A DNA stretch of 64,000 nucleotides from contig CAWKDC010000001.1 of NCBI GenBank assembly GCA_963848305.1, positions 1,280,001 through 1,344,000 on the forward strand, written 5' to 3'. How positions within the stretch are numbered: the stretch's first letter is position 1; every line of letters starts with the position of its first letter. The notes under the pieces are model-generated. The model did not search any database and was not told where the DNA came from. It saw nothing but the letters and a program-made list of their open reading frames with translations. Made by a program: the position numbers and the translations under genes. This document shows positions 1 through 9,384 of the stretch, in pieces. The stretch comes from an uncultured Gammaproteobacteria bacterium. GTDB lineage: Bacteria; Pseudomonadota; Gammaproteobacteria; JABCZS01.

Positions 1-134
1 CAAGTAAAAGAAAGCAAACCCTTCCAGTACAAGAGGCATTGTTGGCGTATGAGTCGCAACAGTCAGAATCACTTTTGGGTGATATGGATCGTGTGATGAT
101 AAACATCCAGGACTATCTGCGGCGACAATGTTGA
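1..134 (+). CDS. 3' end of an unidentified CDS running in from the window edge
   Basis: Open frame SKRKQTLPVQEALLAYESQQ...DYLRRQC ends at TGA 132-134; no family recognised. Confidence 0.35.
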   Translation, partial: SKRKQTLPVQEALLAYESQQSESLLGDMDRVMINIQDYLRRQC

Positions 135-311
135 TCATCGCTGGGATGGGCCATGTCTATACCTCAAGGGCTTGCCCGCAATTTTTAAGTTTACGGGGTA
201 CCCCGCCTGCTACAGGCACTCAGAAGCCAGTCTTAAACTAAAATTCGAATTGACGCTTGTCTCTGTCATTTGATAGACTGGACAATTCCATACTGAGAAG
301 CGAGTAGTATC

Positions 312-1484
312 ATGACGTTATCGCGCTATGCCTTTGTTTTCACAGGTCTTGCCATTTTTTCCATGTTTTTCGGGGCGGGCAATGTGGTGTTCCCATTGGC
401 TTTGGGGCAAGGATCGGGGCATGGGGTGCCGTGGGCCGTGTTAGGGCTGTTTTTTACGGGCATTTTACTGCCATTGGCTGGGCTCATTGCGATGATCTTA
501 TTCAATGGCAACTATTACACGTTCTTTGAACGGATCGGCCGCTGGCCTGGCTTGTTCATCATCTTCTTGATCATGGCCTTGATTGGTCCTTTTGCGGGTA
601 TTCCGCGTACCATCACCCTCTCCCACTCTACCCTGGCGCTGACTTGGATGGATTTACCCGCTTGGGGGTTTAACCTGGCCTTTACCGCAGTTGCTTTTGT
701 ATTGGCATACCGTCGCGATGCAGTACTGGGCATTTTGGGGAAAATACTCACGCCCGCGTTGTTGAGCTTTTTGGCTTGGACAGTGATCGATGGCATGATG
801 ACCCCAGCGGCGTTGCCCGTGGTAGAGGCAAAAACAAATATGCAGTACTTGTTTGATGGATTTGTGGCCGGGTATAACACCATGGATATGTTGGCGGGAT
901 TATTCTTTTCAACAGTCGTCTTGGCAGGATTGCATGCAAAACTGATATTGCAGCGCAAGGATTTGGTTGAAAATAATCAACAGATTTTGCGGCACTTATT
1001 GCTGGCCTCGACCGTGGCAGCTGCATTGCTGTTTACCGTGTATGGCGGTTTTTGTTTCATTGCCGCCAAACATGCGGGCGTGTTAGCAGGTGTGCCCGCC
1101 GATGAATTATTGGGCACATTGGCCCTGCATTTGCTGGGCAAAGAAAGTGGATTGATGGCGAATGGTGTTGTGGTAATTGCTTGCTTGACCACAGCAGTGT
1201 CTTTGATCGCTGTTTTTTCAGAATTTTTGAGCCGACATTTTTTCAAAGATCCTGACAAAATGTATAAACCGTTTGTGGTCATGACCGCGTTGATTGCGTA
1301 TGGCATGTCGCTGCTCGGTTTCATGCAAATCATTTTGCTGATTTTCCCGCTGATCGCACTGTGCTACCCATTGTTGATTGTGTTGGCTTTCTGTAATATC
1401 GGATTCAAACTATTTGGTTTTAAAATGGTTAAAGTTCCCGTTTATACGACCTTGATATTAACCGCTTTGTGGATGTATACTTGA
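312..1484 (+). CDS. brnQ: Branched-chain amino acid transport system II carrier protein
   Basis: FSMFFGAGN..FP motif, GYNTMD motif, ACLTTAV; about 12 TM segments; upstream TTGACG-18-TAGACT promoter at 250-279. Confidence 0.9.
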   Translation: MTLSRYAFVFTGLAIFSMFFGAGNVVFPLALGQGSGHGVPWAVLGLFFTGILLPLAGLIAMILFNGNYYTFFERIGRWPGLFIIFLIMALIGPFAGIPRTITLSHSTLALTWMDLPAWGFNLAFTAVAFVLAYRRDAVLGILGKILTPALLSFLAWTVIDGMMTPAALPVVEAKTNMQYLFDGFVAGYNTMDMLAGLFFSTVVLAGLHAKLILQRKDLVENNQQILRHLLLASTVAAALLFTVYGGFCFIAAKHAGVLAGVPADELLGTLALHLLGKESGLMANGVVVIACLTTAVSLIAVFSEFLSRHFFKDPDKMYKPFVVMTALIAYGMSLLGFMQIILLIFPLIALCYPLLIVLAFCNIGFKLFGFKMVKVPVYTTLILTALWMYT

Positions 1485-1562
1485 CCGGGTTCTGTCCTGG
1501 TCTAGCGCTTTTGAGACAGAAACCCGTTTGGCGTCAAATATATTTATTCGGGGGGGCAGGTT

Positions 1563-2973
1563 ATGTCAGTTGAAAAAATTTTGGAATTCATTAAACACGA
1601 AGAAGTCAAATATGTTGATTTACGCTTCATCGATATTTTAGGGAAATGGCACCATATTTGTGTTCCTGCACATACGATAGACAAACATTTTTTCGAACAA
1701 GGCAAAATGATTGATGGTTCTTCCATCGTGGGTTGGAGAGACATCAACGAATCAGACATGGTGTTGATTTGCGACCCCACCATTTTCTACCCCGATCCTT
1801 TCACCGAAGAATCCACATTGATTTTAATTTGCGATGTGTATGAACCGAATCAAAAAACGCCCTATACGCGCTGCCCACGATCAATTGCTAAAAACGCAGA
1901 ACAATATTTGAAATCAACCGGTTTGGCAGATGTGTGTTACGTACGGACCAGAACCTGAATTTTTTATTTTTGATGATGTGCGCTGGGAATCCAATATGCA
2001 GGGCGCTTCTTATTCGGTGGATTCGCTGGAAGGCGCTTGGAATACCGGTAAGGTCTATACTGACGGCAACCGCGGTCATCGTCCCGGCGTGAAGGGCGGT
2101 TATTTCCCCGTCACTCCTGTGGATTCTTCGCAAGATATTCGTTCTGCCATGAGCACTATTTTGGAAGAATTAGGCATCCCCGTCGAAGCGCATCACCATG
2201 AAGTCGGCACTGCGAACCAAAATGAAATTTCGACACGCTTCAATACCTTGTTGCGCAAGGCAGACGAAGTGATGATGAAAAAATACGTGATTAAAAACGT
2301 GGCGCATGCTTGGGATAAAACAGCGACATTCATGCCGAAACCACTGGTCGGTGATAATGGCAATGGCATGCATTGCCATATTTCACTGGCATTGAAGGGT
2401 AAAAATGTGTTTGCGGGTTCTACGTATGCGCATTTATCTGATGATGCATTGTATTTTATCGGCGGCATTATTCACCATGCGCGTGCGATCAATGCGTTTG
2501 CGAATTCAACCACGAACAGTTACAAACGTTTGGTGCCTGGTTTCGAAGCGCCGGTGATGTTGGCTTATTCTTCCTGTAATCGTTCTGCTTCCATTCGTGT
2601 GCCACACAGTTTGAATGATGCGGGGCGTCGCATTGAAGTTCGTTTCCCTGATCCGCTGAGCAATCCTTATTTATTGTTCACGGCATTGATGATGGCGGGG
2701 GTAGATGGTATTCAACATCGTATCCATCCTGGCCCTGCGATTGAGCACAATTTGTATGAGTTATCGCATGCTGATGCGGCTAAAATCCCCACTGTGTGCG
2801 CTTCATTAGAAGAGGCAATGAGTGCGTTGGATGCAGATCGTGCGTTTTTAACGCGTGGTGGCGTCATGACCGATGACACGATCAATACCTATATTGCATT
2901 GAAAATGACAGAAATCCAACGGCTGCGCCAAGTGCCGCACCCGGTGGAGTTTGATATGTACTATTCTTTGTAG
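1563..2973 (+). CDS. glnA: Glutamine synthetase type I (one frameshift near 1940-1945, probably a sequencing error)
   Basis: ORFs 1563-1958 and 1930-2973 join into the full protein: [50 protein letters not shown]. Confidence 0.95.
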
Positions 2974-3011
2974 GGGCGCATTTATAGGGATGCAGCATGC
3001 TGCACCCCTAC
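2970..3011. repeat. GTAG-type REP-like palindrome
   Basis: GTAGGGGCGCA...TGCACCCCTAC; its TAG is the glnA stop codon. Confidence 0.7.
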
Positions 3012-3050
3012 AAAAGGGATTATTTATCATTGAAGCAAGGATGCTCATCT

Positions 3051-3698
3051 ATGTGTTTTTCCGCTCAAGCAAGTTTTATCACCGCCGTTGTACTCACGCC
3101 TCTCGGCGTTTACGGATTTCTCAAAGCCTTAAAATCTCAACGGCGTTTTTTGTTATTGTCACTCATCCCGCTGATGTTTGCCATTCAACAGGCGTTAGAA
3201 GGCATGGTGTGGCTCGGGTTTTCTCATCACGCACTCAGTGCAATGTATCAGAACGGTTTAGAATTTGTATTCGTTGCATTTTTCATTTGGCCGATTTATT
3301 TACCCCTGTGTGTATATTGTATTGAACGCGATGTTCAACGGCGAAAGATCTTGCGATGGTTTCCTGTGATGGGCTTGCTGTATGGTTTATCCATTTTTAT
3401 TCCCTTTTTCATGGGAGATAATGCGTTCAGTGTATCGATTTTCAATCATTCGATTGCCTATCAATTCAAAAACATGGCGGGTCTGTCTTTGATGTATGGA
3501 TTCATTTATTTAATGATCACTGTTTTTCCGTTTTTCTATACATCTGAAAAAATACTAAAACTCTTCGGCGCATTGGCCTTGGTGTCTGTATCGATCGCAA
3601 TGTGCTTTTATTACTACACGCTCACCTCCGTTTGGTGCTTTTTCGTGGCGCTGATGTCGGGATTGGTGGTTTATGCGATACAGCGGGCTGAGAATTGA
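3051..3698 (+). CDS. Integral membrane protein, DUF6629-like
   Basis: N-terminal MCFSAQASF, QQALEGMVW and C-terminal SVWCFF motifs; about 7 TM segments. Confidence 0.75.
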   Translation: MCFSAQASFITAVVLTPLGVYGFLKALKSQRRFLLLSLIPLMFAIQQALEGMVWLGFSHHALSAMYQNGLEFVFVAFFIWPIYLPLCVYCIERDVQRRKILRWFPVMGLLYGLSIFIPFFMGDNAFSVSIFNHSIAYQFKNMAGLSLMYGFIYLMITVFPFFYTSEKILKLFGALALVSVSIAMCFYYYTLTSVWCFFVALMSGLVVYAIQRAEN

Positions 3699-3803
3699 TG
3701 GGCACTGGCTTGACGATCTATTGACAGTTCAGTAAAATCGACCCGGATAAATAAACTTTATAAAAAATGAATCGTTGCCTATAAAAACAAACACTTATCT
3801 TTC

Positions 3804-3832
3804 TTGATAAGTACACAAAAAAGGTGTATAAT
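3804..3832 (+). promoter_or_regulatory. Sigma70 promoter with TA operator inverted repeat
   Basis: TTGATA-17-TATAAT; inverted repeat TACAC-N7-GTGTA lies in the spacer. Confidence 0.7.
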
Positions 3833-3835
3833 CAT

Positions 3836-4117
3836 ATGAACAGCCAAAAAAGGGTGTATCTTTCTTCAATAGCAGAAAAAACGCTTTTGAAAGTACCAGA
3901 CTATATCGCAACCAAACTACTCATTTGGATTGATGATGTTGAGGAGAGAGGGCTGTGCGAAGTACGCAAAGTCCCTGGGTTTCATGATGAACCCCTGAAA
4001 GGTCATTTGAAAGGCTTGCGCTCTATTCGTTTGAATAAAGCGTATCGAGCCATATATAGGGAGGGGCTTCATGACGTGTATATATTGGAGATTAACAAAC
4101 ATGAATACAAGAAATAA
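3836..4117 (+). CDS. RelE/HigB-family mRNA interferase toxin
   Basis: GFHDEPLKGHLKGLRSIRLNKAYRAIY ... EINKHEY motif; overlaps the downstream HTH gene. Confidence 0.85.
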   Translation: MNSQKRVYLSSIAEKTLLKVPDYIATKLLIWIDDVEERGLCEVRKVPGFHDEPLKGHLKGLRSIRLNKAYRAIYREGLHDVYILEINKHEYKK

Positions 4118-4430
4118 AGGTCAGCCAGCAAAAGAGATACTCATGAAAAAACTGGGTCGTTTAACATTTGGCAAAATGTTAAGGGCCATTCGTTTGGGTG
4201 AGGGTGAAACCCAAAAAGAGTTTTCAGCTAAACTCGATATGTCAAAACAACAGCTGAGTGATATTGAAAATGACAGGAAGTCTGTCAGCCCCCAGTCTGC
4301 AGCAGCGTATGCAGACATGCTGGGCTATTCTGTCGATCAATTCATCAAATTATCCATACAAGATAATCTGGCGAAATATGGTTTATACTATCGTGTTGAT
4401 CTGATGCGAGAAAATTGCACAAACTTTTAG
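4101..4430 (+). CDS. Xre/HigA-type HTH antitoxin
   Basis: LTFGKMLRAIR..TQKEFSAKLDMSKQQLSDIENDRK HTH; toxin-first arrangement. Confidence 0.85.
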   Translation: MNTRNKGQPAKEILMKKLGRLTFGKMLRAIRLGEGETQKEFSAKLDMSKQQLSDIENDRKSVSPQSAAAYADMLGYSVDQFIKLSIQDNLAKYGLYYRVDLMRENCTNF

Positions 4431-4445
4431 CACACGCAGACCAAC

Positions 4446-4591
4446 GGCCTATCAGTTATTATCGCAGGCCTATTTTATGGTTATGCTTATCGTAAAACAA
4501 AACGATTGGAAGCCGCGATAGGGTCCATTTTCTGTTGAATGTGTGCCATTTTGTGTTTTTCACGTATCCTTTTAGTGCCTTTGCTGCCTGA
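4446..4591 (+). pseudogene. C-terminal remnant of a CPBP/CAAX (Abi) intramembrane protease
   Basis: Manual translation gives IAGLFYGYAYRKTKRLEAAIG /frameshift/ HFLLNVCHFVFFTYPF; no 5' part is present. Confidence 0.65.
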
Positions 4592-4667
4592 TGAGGCAAG
4601 ATCCCATTGAGTTGTCAAAATAAAGCTGATAATATCGAGGAACGTTGACTCCTAAAGAGGTGCCCTG

Positions 4668-5618
4668 ATGAGAGTTTATGCGATCGTGTGTTTATTCCTG
4701 TTGGTCGGTTGTGGTACAACCCCGTCCCCTCAGCAAGCAGCGCGCGATACCGTGCAACATAGACAAGAAAATCGTGAACAGCTTAGGACGATCCGTTATG
4801 GCGATACCATAGAGTCGGTACACAAGGCATTATCTGAACAATTTACCCCCTATTTGGATGTTCAGACCGAGACAGGTTTTTATTCCATTGAAACTTTTGA
4901 AGTTGCTCCCTACTATCGGGGCAATGGATCAGAAGTTTATTTGGCGCTTTATAAAAATAACCGGTTGACGGCGATTACCCGGTGGTATGCCGTCAAGCCT
5001 GATACACCACAGATGATTTTGCTGCACGTCCAACAACTGGTGACGAACAAAAATAAGGATAAATGTGATCTCTACACCTCGCCTGCTTATTATGAAAAAC
5101 TGATTGCAAATATTCAACAGCACACATTGAAAGTGGCCGATCAATCATTTATTCCTTCCGAGGAAGAGATTTATCAAGAAATTGCAGGGTTGTCTGATAA
5201 AGAAGGGCACAACTTGACAGCGAACGATGCTGTTGAATTGGCGATCTTGTCTCCAGTGCTTATTTTCGCGCTGCCTGTCAGTGTTGCTGCTTCGGTGGCA
5301 ACGGCTCCAGTCATGATCCCTATGCAAAATGTGATTGAATCAAAGCAAAGCAAAGAATCTACTCGACGCGCGACAGTGACAAAAGAATTGCTTCCCACGC
5401 TGCGAGCCATTCCGCTCGGATTGACGATGGCGGAAACTGATCGTCTTGAGGCTGAAAAAATTCCTGGTATTAAAGCATCACAACCTGCTAAAACAAGATG
5501 TTCAACCGTGATGGTGGGCAAGACATTGGACATGACGTACGACGAAGTTTATTTGTATCACGATGATAAGACATTCGTGCGTTTATATCCCAAACTGAAA
5601 CGTTTTCAACTATGGTAA
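4668..5618 (+). CDS. Hypothetical lipoprotein
   Basis: Signal peptide with lipobox LVGC; RBS GAGG; one internal hydrophobic segment. Confidence 0.7.
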   Translation: MRVYAIVCLFLLVGCGTTPSPQQAARDTVQHRQENREQLRTIRYGDTIESVHKALSEQFTPYLDVQTETGFYSIETFEVAPYYRGNGSEVYLALYKNNRLTAITRWYAVKPDTPQMILLHVQQLVTNKNKDKCDLYTSPAYYEKLIANIQQHTLKVADQSFIPSEEEIYQEIAGLSDKEGHNLTANDAVELAILSPVLIFALPVSVAASVATAPVMIPMQNVIESKQSKESTRRATVTKELLPTLRAIPLGLTMAETDRLEAEKIPGIKASQPAKTRCSTVMVGKTLDMTYDEVYLYHDDKTFVRLYPKLKRFQLW

Positions 5619-6968
5619 TGCCAGTTGTGCCATAAACAACGCTTGAATTCTGTCCAAACTGTCTTGAGACACGCCTTCAAAACGTAATACCAAATTGGGT
5701 GTTGTGTTTGAGGCACGGATCAGTCCGAAACCATCTTCAAAATCAACGCGAACTCCATCGGTGAGATCAACAATGCCGCCATCAAACACAGCGCGCGCCG
5801 CAAACTGTTCGATAAAATGAAATTTATCCGCATCTTTCATGGCGATATTGATCTCGGGGGTGTTGAAGCTGTTGGGAATAGCGGCAAATGTCGCGGGAAT
5901 ATCGGTTACCTGAGACAATATTTCCACCAGTCTCGCGCCAGCAAATAATGCATCGTCAAATCCAAACCAATTGTCGTTGAAGAAAATATGCCCACTCATT
6001 TCGCCGGCCAGTGGCGCGCCGGTCTCCTTCAAGGCTTTTTTCACAAAAGAATGGCCGGTGCGACACATCAGGGGTTTGCCGCCCAATGCGTGAATGGATT
6101 TCGGCAATTGTTGCGTGCATTTCACGTCGAAAATGACTTGGCTCTGAGGATGACGGGCCAGCACGTTTTGAGCAAATAATATCATTTGGCGATCGGGCCA
6201 GATGATGTCCCCATTGGGCGCCACCACACCCAACCGGTCGCCGTCGCCGTCGAAGGCAAGGCCTACATCGCAATGATGGGTCTGGACAGCTTGAATCAAG
6301 TCAGCCAGGTTGGCAGGTTTGCTGGGGTCGGGGTGGTGATGGGGAAAGTCGCCATCGACTTCTTCATACAAAGAGACGATGTCACAACCCAATGCTTTGA
6401 ATAACCGGGGAGCCACAATGCCTGCAATGCCATTCCCATGATCCAGCGCAACTTTAAGCGGACGGCGCAGCTGAATGCGGCTTTGGATCGCATCGCAGTA
6501 GGCATTTAGCATGGACGCGTGCGTGAGCGATCCTTTCCCTTCGCTGAATTGGCCGGATAAAATCACCTCCCTCAGCGCTAAAATTTCGTCGCCAAACAAG
6601 GTATCCCCACCTAACATCATTTTCAATCCATTGTCATGTTTGGGATTATGGCTACCTGTTAGCATGATGCCAGAGCCAGTCTTCAGGTGGTAGCAAGAGA
6701 AATAGAGCACAGGCGTGGGCGCAAGGCCGATGTCCGTCACATGCATGCCACCGTCCATCAACCCCGCTGCGAGGGCTTCTGATAGCATAGGCCCGCTCAA
6801 GCGGCCATCACGACCGAGGGTGACCTGGTTGATGCGGCGGGCATGGGCGAACGTTGCATAGGCCCGGCCAAGGGTATAGACTACATCCGGGTTGAGGGTT
6901 TCAGGAACCCGGCCACGGATATCATAAGCCCGAAATATGCCTGCATCGCAGGGTACTGTAGAATACAT
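5610..6968 (-). CDS. algC: Phosphomannomutase/phosphoglucomutase
   Basis: IFRAYDIRG, TGSHNP, FDGDGDR, GEMSGH, RASNT motifs. Confidence 0.93.
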   Translation of the reverse strand: MYSTVPCDAGIFRAYDIRGRVPETLNPDVVYTLGRAYATFAHARRINQVTLGRDGRLSGPMLSEALAAGLMDGGMHVTDIGLAPTPVLYFSCYHLKTGSGIMLTGSHNPKHDNGLKMMLGGDTLFGDEILALREVILSGQFSEGKGSLTHASMLNAYCDAIQSRIQLRRPLKVALDHGNGIAGIVAPRLFKALGCDIVSLYEEVDGDFPHHHPDPSKPANLADLIQAVQTHHCDVGLAFDGDGDRLGVVAPNGDIIWPDRQMILFAQNVLARHPQSQVIFDVKCTQQLPKSIHALGGKPLMCRTGHSFVKKALKETGAPLAGEMSGHIFFNDNWFGFDDALFAGARLVEILSQVTDIPATFAAIPNSFNTPEINIAMKDADKFHFIEQFAARAVFDGGIVDLTDGVRVDFEDGFGLIRASNTTPNLVLRFEGVSQDSLDRIQALFMAQLALP

Positions 6969-7038
6969 AAAGAATCTCCTTAAAACACCTTGCTCCTGGC
7001 AATATTTTCTGGTATAAATGCGTCTTTGTAACGAGGGC

Positions 7039-7220
7039 TATACCTCTCGTACCTGAAGATGCGAGGGGTTGGCAATTTCGTGTGGGCCTATTTTGGGTTT
7101 TACGATTGAGAAAAGTTGCAGACAGTGCTTATTGCACGGCTAGACTTTTCGATTGAGTAAAACCCAAAAGAGGTCTGCACGAGGCAGCCAGGATTCGCAT
7201 CTTCAGGTACGAGAGGTATA
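7039..7220. mobile_element. ERIC-like palindromic MITE (182 bp, 26-bp perfect terminal inverted repeat)
   Basis: TATACCTCTCGTACCTGAAGATGCGA at 7039-7064 and its exact reverse complement at 7195-7220; the interior also pairs. Confidence 0.7.
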
Positions 7221-7255
7221 ATCATAACCCTATTTGAGAAGTGGAGGCAACTATT

Positions 7256-7528
7256 ATGGGTGCATATTGTCAGGTAACCGGGAAGCATACAGAAAGCGGC
7301 CAAAATGTGTCGCATGCCCGTAACCGCACCAAACGCGTATTCAGACCGAATTTGCATAAACGTCGTTTTTGGGTTGAAGCCTTGAAGCGTTTTGTCACCC
7401 TGCGTGTGTCCACGCAAGGTATTCGTATTATCGATAAACAAGGCATTGAAAATGTTCTGCGTGTATTAAAAGCACGTGGCGAAGATGTGCCTGTGGTTCC
7501 TGTGGAGGTTGTCAATGGCGAAGAGTAA
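7256..7528 (+). CDS. rpmB: 50S ribosomal protein L28
   Basis: [31 protein letters not shown]; RBS GGAGG. Confidence 0.95.
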   Translation: MGAYCQVTGKHTESGQNVSHARNRTKRVFRPNLHKRRFWVEALKRFVTLRVSTQGIRIIDKQGIENVLRVLKARGEDVPVVPVEVVNGEE

Positions 7529-7682
7529 GCGTATCACCATTTTGTTGCGCAACAAGAAGACAGGGTCTACGTATGTCACAACCCGTCATCAGACGAAAGA
7601 AAAAATGAAAGGGATCAAGAAGTATGATCCCGTCACCAAACAACATGAGTTGTTTGATGAGGAAAAATCAAAAAATGGATAA
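7515..7682 (+). CDS. rpmG: 50S ribosomal protein L33
   Basis: MAKSKR...TGSTYVTT...[15 protein letters not shown]; follows rpmB. Confidence 0.9.
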   Translation: MAKSKRITILLRNKKTGSTYVTTRHQTKEKMKGIKKYDPVTKQHELFDEEKSKNG

Positions 7683-7809
7683 GCGTGAGCGATGAGCTCG
7701 TGCTTATCCCACTTACTGTCATCCCGGGATGAGAGCTGTTCGAGATTTTGTTAAGAGACAGCATTGACACAGCTTGAGCACCCGGGCCCCATCTTAAGCG
7801 ATCTGAAAA

Positions 7810-8535
7810 GTGCCCAATATCCTCTGCGTCATCCCTGCCCGTATCGGTTCAACACGTTTGCCACGCAAACCCTTGGCTGATTTGGGTGGCAAGCCGATGG
7901 TGCAACGCACATATGAAGCGGCGTTAACCTGCACAGCATTTGCACAAGTAGTGGTTGCGACAGACAGTGATGAGATTGCTGATGTCATTCGTTTATGTGG
8001 CGGCACTGTTGTCATGACCGACCCCGCGATAGAAACGGGCACAGATCGTGTTGCATTTGTCTCATCGCAATATCCTGACATGGATGTGGTCGTGAATTTA
8101 CAAGGCGATGAGCCATTTGTCACCGCAGAAATGTTGATGGCGTTGGTTCAGCCTTATTTAAATGGTGAATCACCCCTAATGACCACCCTCGCCAATCCCC
8201 TTGATTTTAAGACGCAATATCACAGTCCTGATGCAGTTAAAGTGATTGTGGATAAGCATTTCAATGCCCTTTATTTTTCACGTTCGCCTATTCCCTATCA
8301 ACGGGATATCATTGAGCATTTACCCGTGTATCATCATCAAGGCATGTATGCATTCACGCGTGATTTTTTGAAAACGTTCAGGGCGCTACCGCAAACATTG
8401 TTAGAGCGCAGCGAAAAGCTTGAGCAATTGCGTGCGTTAGAACATGGTTATGCGATACGCGTGTGCGTTACGCCGCATAAAACAATTGAAATCAATACGC
8501 CAGAAGAGTTGGCTGCAGCGCGAAAGCTGTTTTAA
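7810..8535 (+). CDS. kdsB: 3-deoxy-manno-octulosonate cytidylyltransferase
   Basis: IPARIGSTRLPRKPL, TGTDR, NLQGDEP, YFSRSPIP, EKLEQLRALE. Confidence 0.95.
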   Translation: MPNILCVIPARIGSTRLPRKPLADLGGKPMVQRTYEAALTCTAFAQVVVATDSDEIADVIRLCGGTVVMTDPAIETGTDRVAFVSSQYPDMDVVVNLQGDEPFVTAEMLMALVQPYLNGESPLMTTLANPLDFKTQYHSPDAVKVIVDKHFNALYFSRSPIPYQRDIIEHLPVYHHQGMYAFTRDFLKTFRALPQTLLERSEKLEQLRALEHGYAIRVCVTPHKTIEINTPEELAAARKLF

Positions 8536-8610
8536 TATAACTGTTCTACTGGATTTGCAAAATAAATGCAAATATTTTGAAAAATATTTCAAAAATGTTC
8601 GAAAAACCCC

Positions 8611-8640
8611 TTGTATTCTTATTTCGACTTCGAGTACAAT
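8611..8640 (+). promoter_or_regulatory. Sigma70-like promoter for the sRNA candidate
   Basis: TTGTAT-18-TACAAT, preceded by an AT-rich UP-like region. Confidence 0.55.
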
Positions 8641-8645
8641 AGCAT

Positions 8646-8711
8646 TTCCTGCATGCTTGTACTTAACAGTACAAGTTTTTACCCCGGATACACATATCCG
8701 GGGTTTTTTTT
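8646..8711 (+). ncRNA. Candidate small RNA of about 65 nt
   Basis: Promoter, hairpin CTTGTACT-TAAC-AGTACAAG, then an intrinsic terminator; no downstream co-oriented gene. Confidence 0.5.
8681..8711 (+). terminator. Rho-independent terminator
   Basis: ACCCCGGATA-CACA-TATCCGGGGT followed by a T run. Confidence 0.85.
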
Positions 8712-8832
8712 GTCTGTCATCCCAGAAAAATCACTTTCGAAATAAGTTGAAAACGGACGCGTGCTCAGACGAGTTTGTCTGAAACGCAGTTGCGATGTCA
8801 TGTCAGGGGGTATGATGATTGTTTGTAGCCGT

Positions 8833-9384
8833 TTATTCGGGTGAGAAATCCCACGTCCTGAGTATATTCAACACATCCGTGTCTTTTTTCATCTCATCCG
8901 GCAGGGGTGGAAATGGCGCAGCGTTTTTAACAATCTGTAATGCCAATGTGTCTAATGTTGCCGAGCCAGAACTTTTTTCAATCATCACCTTGTTTAATCT
9001 CCCCTGGGCGTCAATAGAGACACGCAGCATCAACCGCCCCGCCAAATTTGGGTGTTGTTTCAAAGCGGCCCGATAGGCTGTCGTTCCTCTTGACTCAATC
9101 CGTGTCCGCCAGGCGGTGATATAGTCGGCATCACGAGGTTCAAAGTCCGTGTCGGATAAGGTGCGCTGGCGTATAACAGTCGAATTTGAGGTCTTTTCCA
9201 GGCGGGATGGGGTGGCAGGCGCTGGGGTTGCTGAGGATAACCTGACATCCAGCATCGGGCTGTGTGCTGGCGTAGAAACCGGCGCCACCTCAGAGAGGAA
9301 TAATCCCAGAGATAAAAAGAGGCAGGCATGCGCCATGATGGAAAAAATCCAGCTGGCGGTCAGTTGGCGGCTGTTAACGTTCAC
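8833..9384 (-). CDS. TonB-family energy transducer (TonB C-terminal domain)
   Basis: N-terminal TM with S..AH motif, Pro-rich linker, SSGSATLDTLAL..AAPFPPLP. Confidence 0.85.
   Translation of the reverse strand: MNVNSRQLTASWIFSIMAHACLFLSLGLFLSEVAPVSTPAHSPMLDVRLSSATPAPATPSRLEKTSNSTVIRQRTLSDTDFEPRDADYITAWRTRIESRGTTAYRAALKQHPNLAGRLMLRVSIDAQGRLNKVMIEKSSGSATLDTLALQIVKNAAPFPPLPDEMKKDTDVLNILRTWDFSPE

Noticed and set aside
158-311. TPP riboswitch or T-box upstream of brnQ
   Set aside because: Conserved cores are absent and the structure lies upstream of the predicted promoter
1930-1958. Programmed frameshifting in glnA and the other split genes
   Set aside because: No shared slippery motif or stimulatory structure; the pattern fits sequencing indels
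7039-7220. 6S RNA (similar length, rod-like)
   Set aside because: No large central bubble; the perfect 26-bp TATA-ended inverted repeat and a second copy of the end at 44933 favour a MITE
7716-7795. Degenerate GTCATCCCGG...CCCGGG palindromic repeat after rpmG
   Set aside because: Too degraded to call, and only a short partial echo occurs near 8714
8444-8782. 112-aa ORF from the track
   Set aside because: Overlaps kdsB and runs through a promoter and a terminator; no RBS
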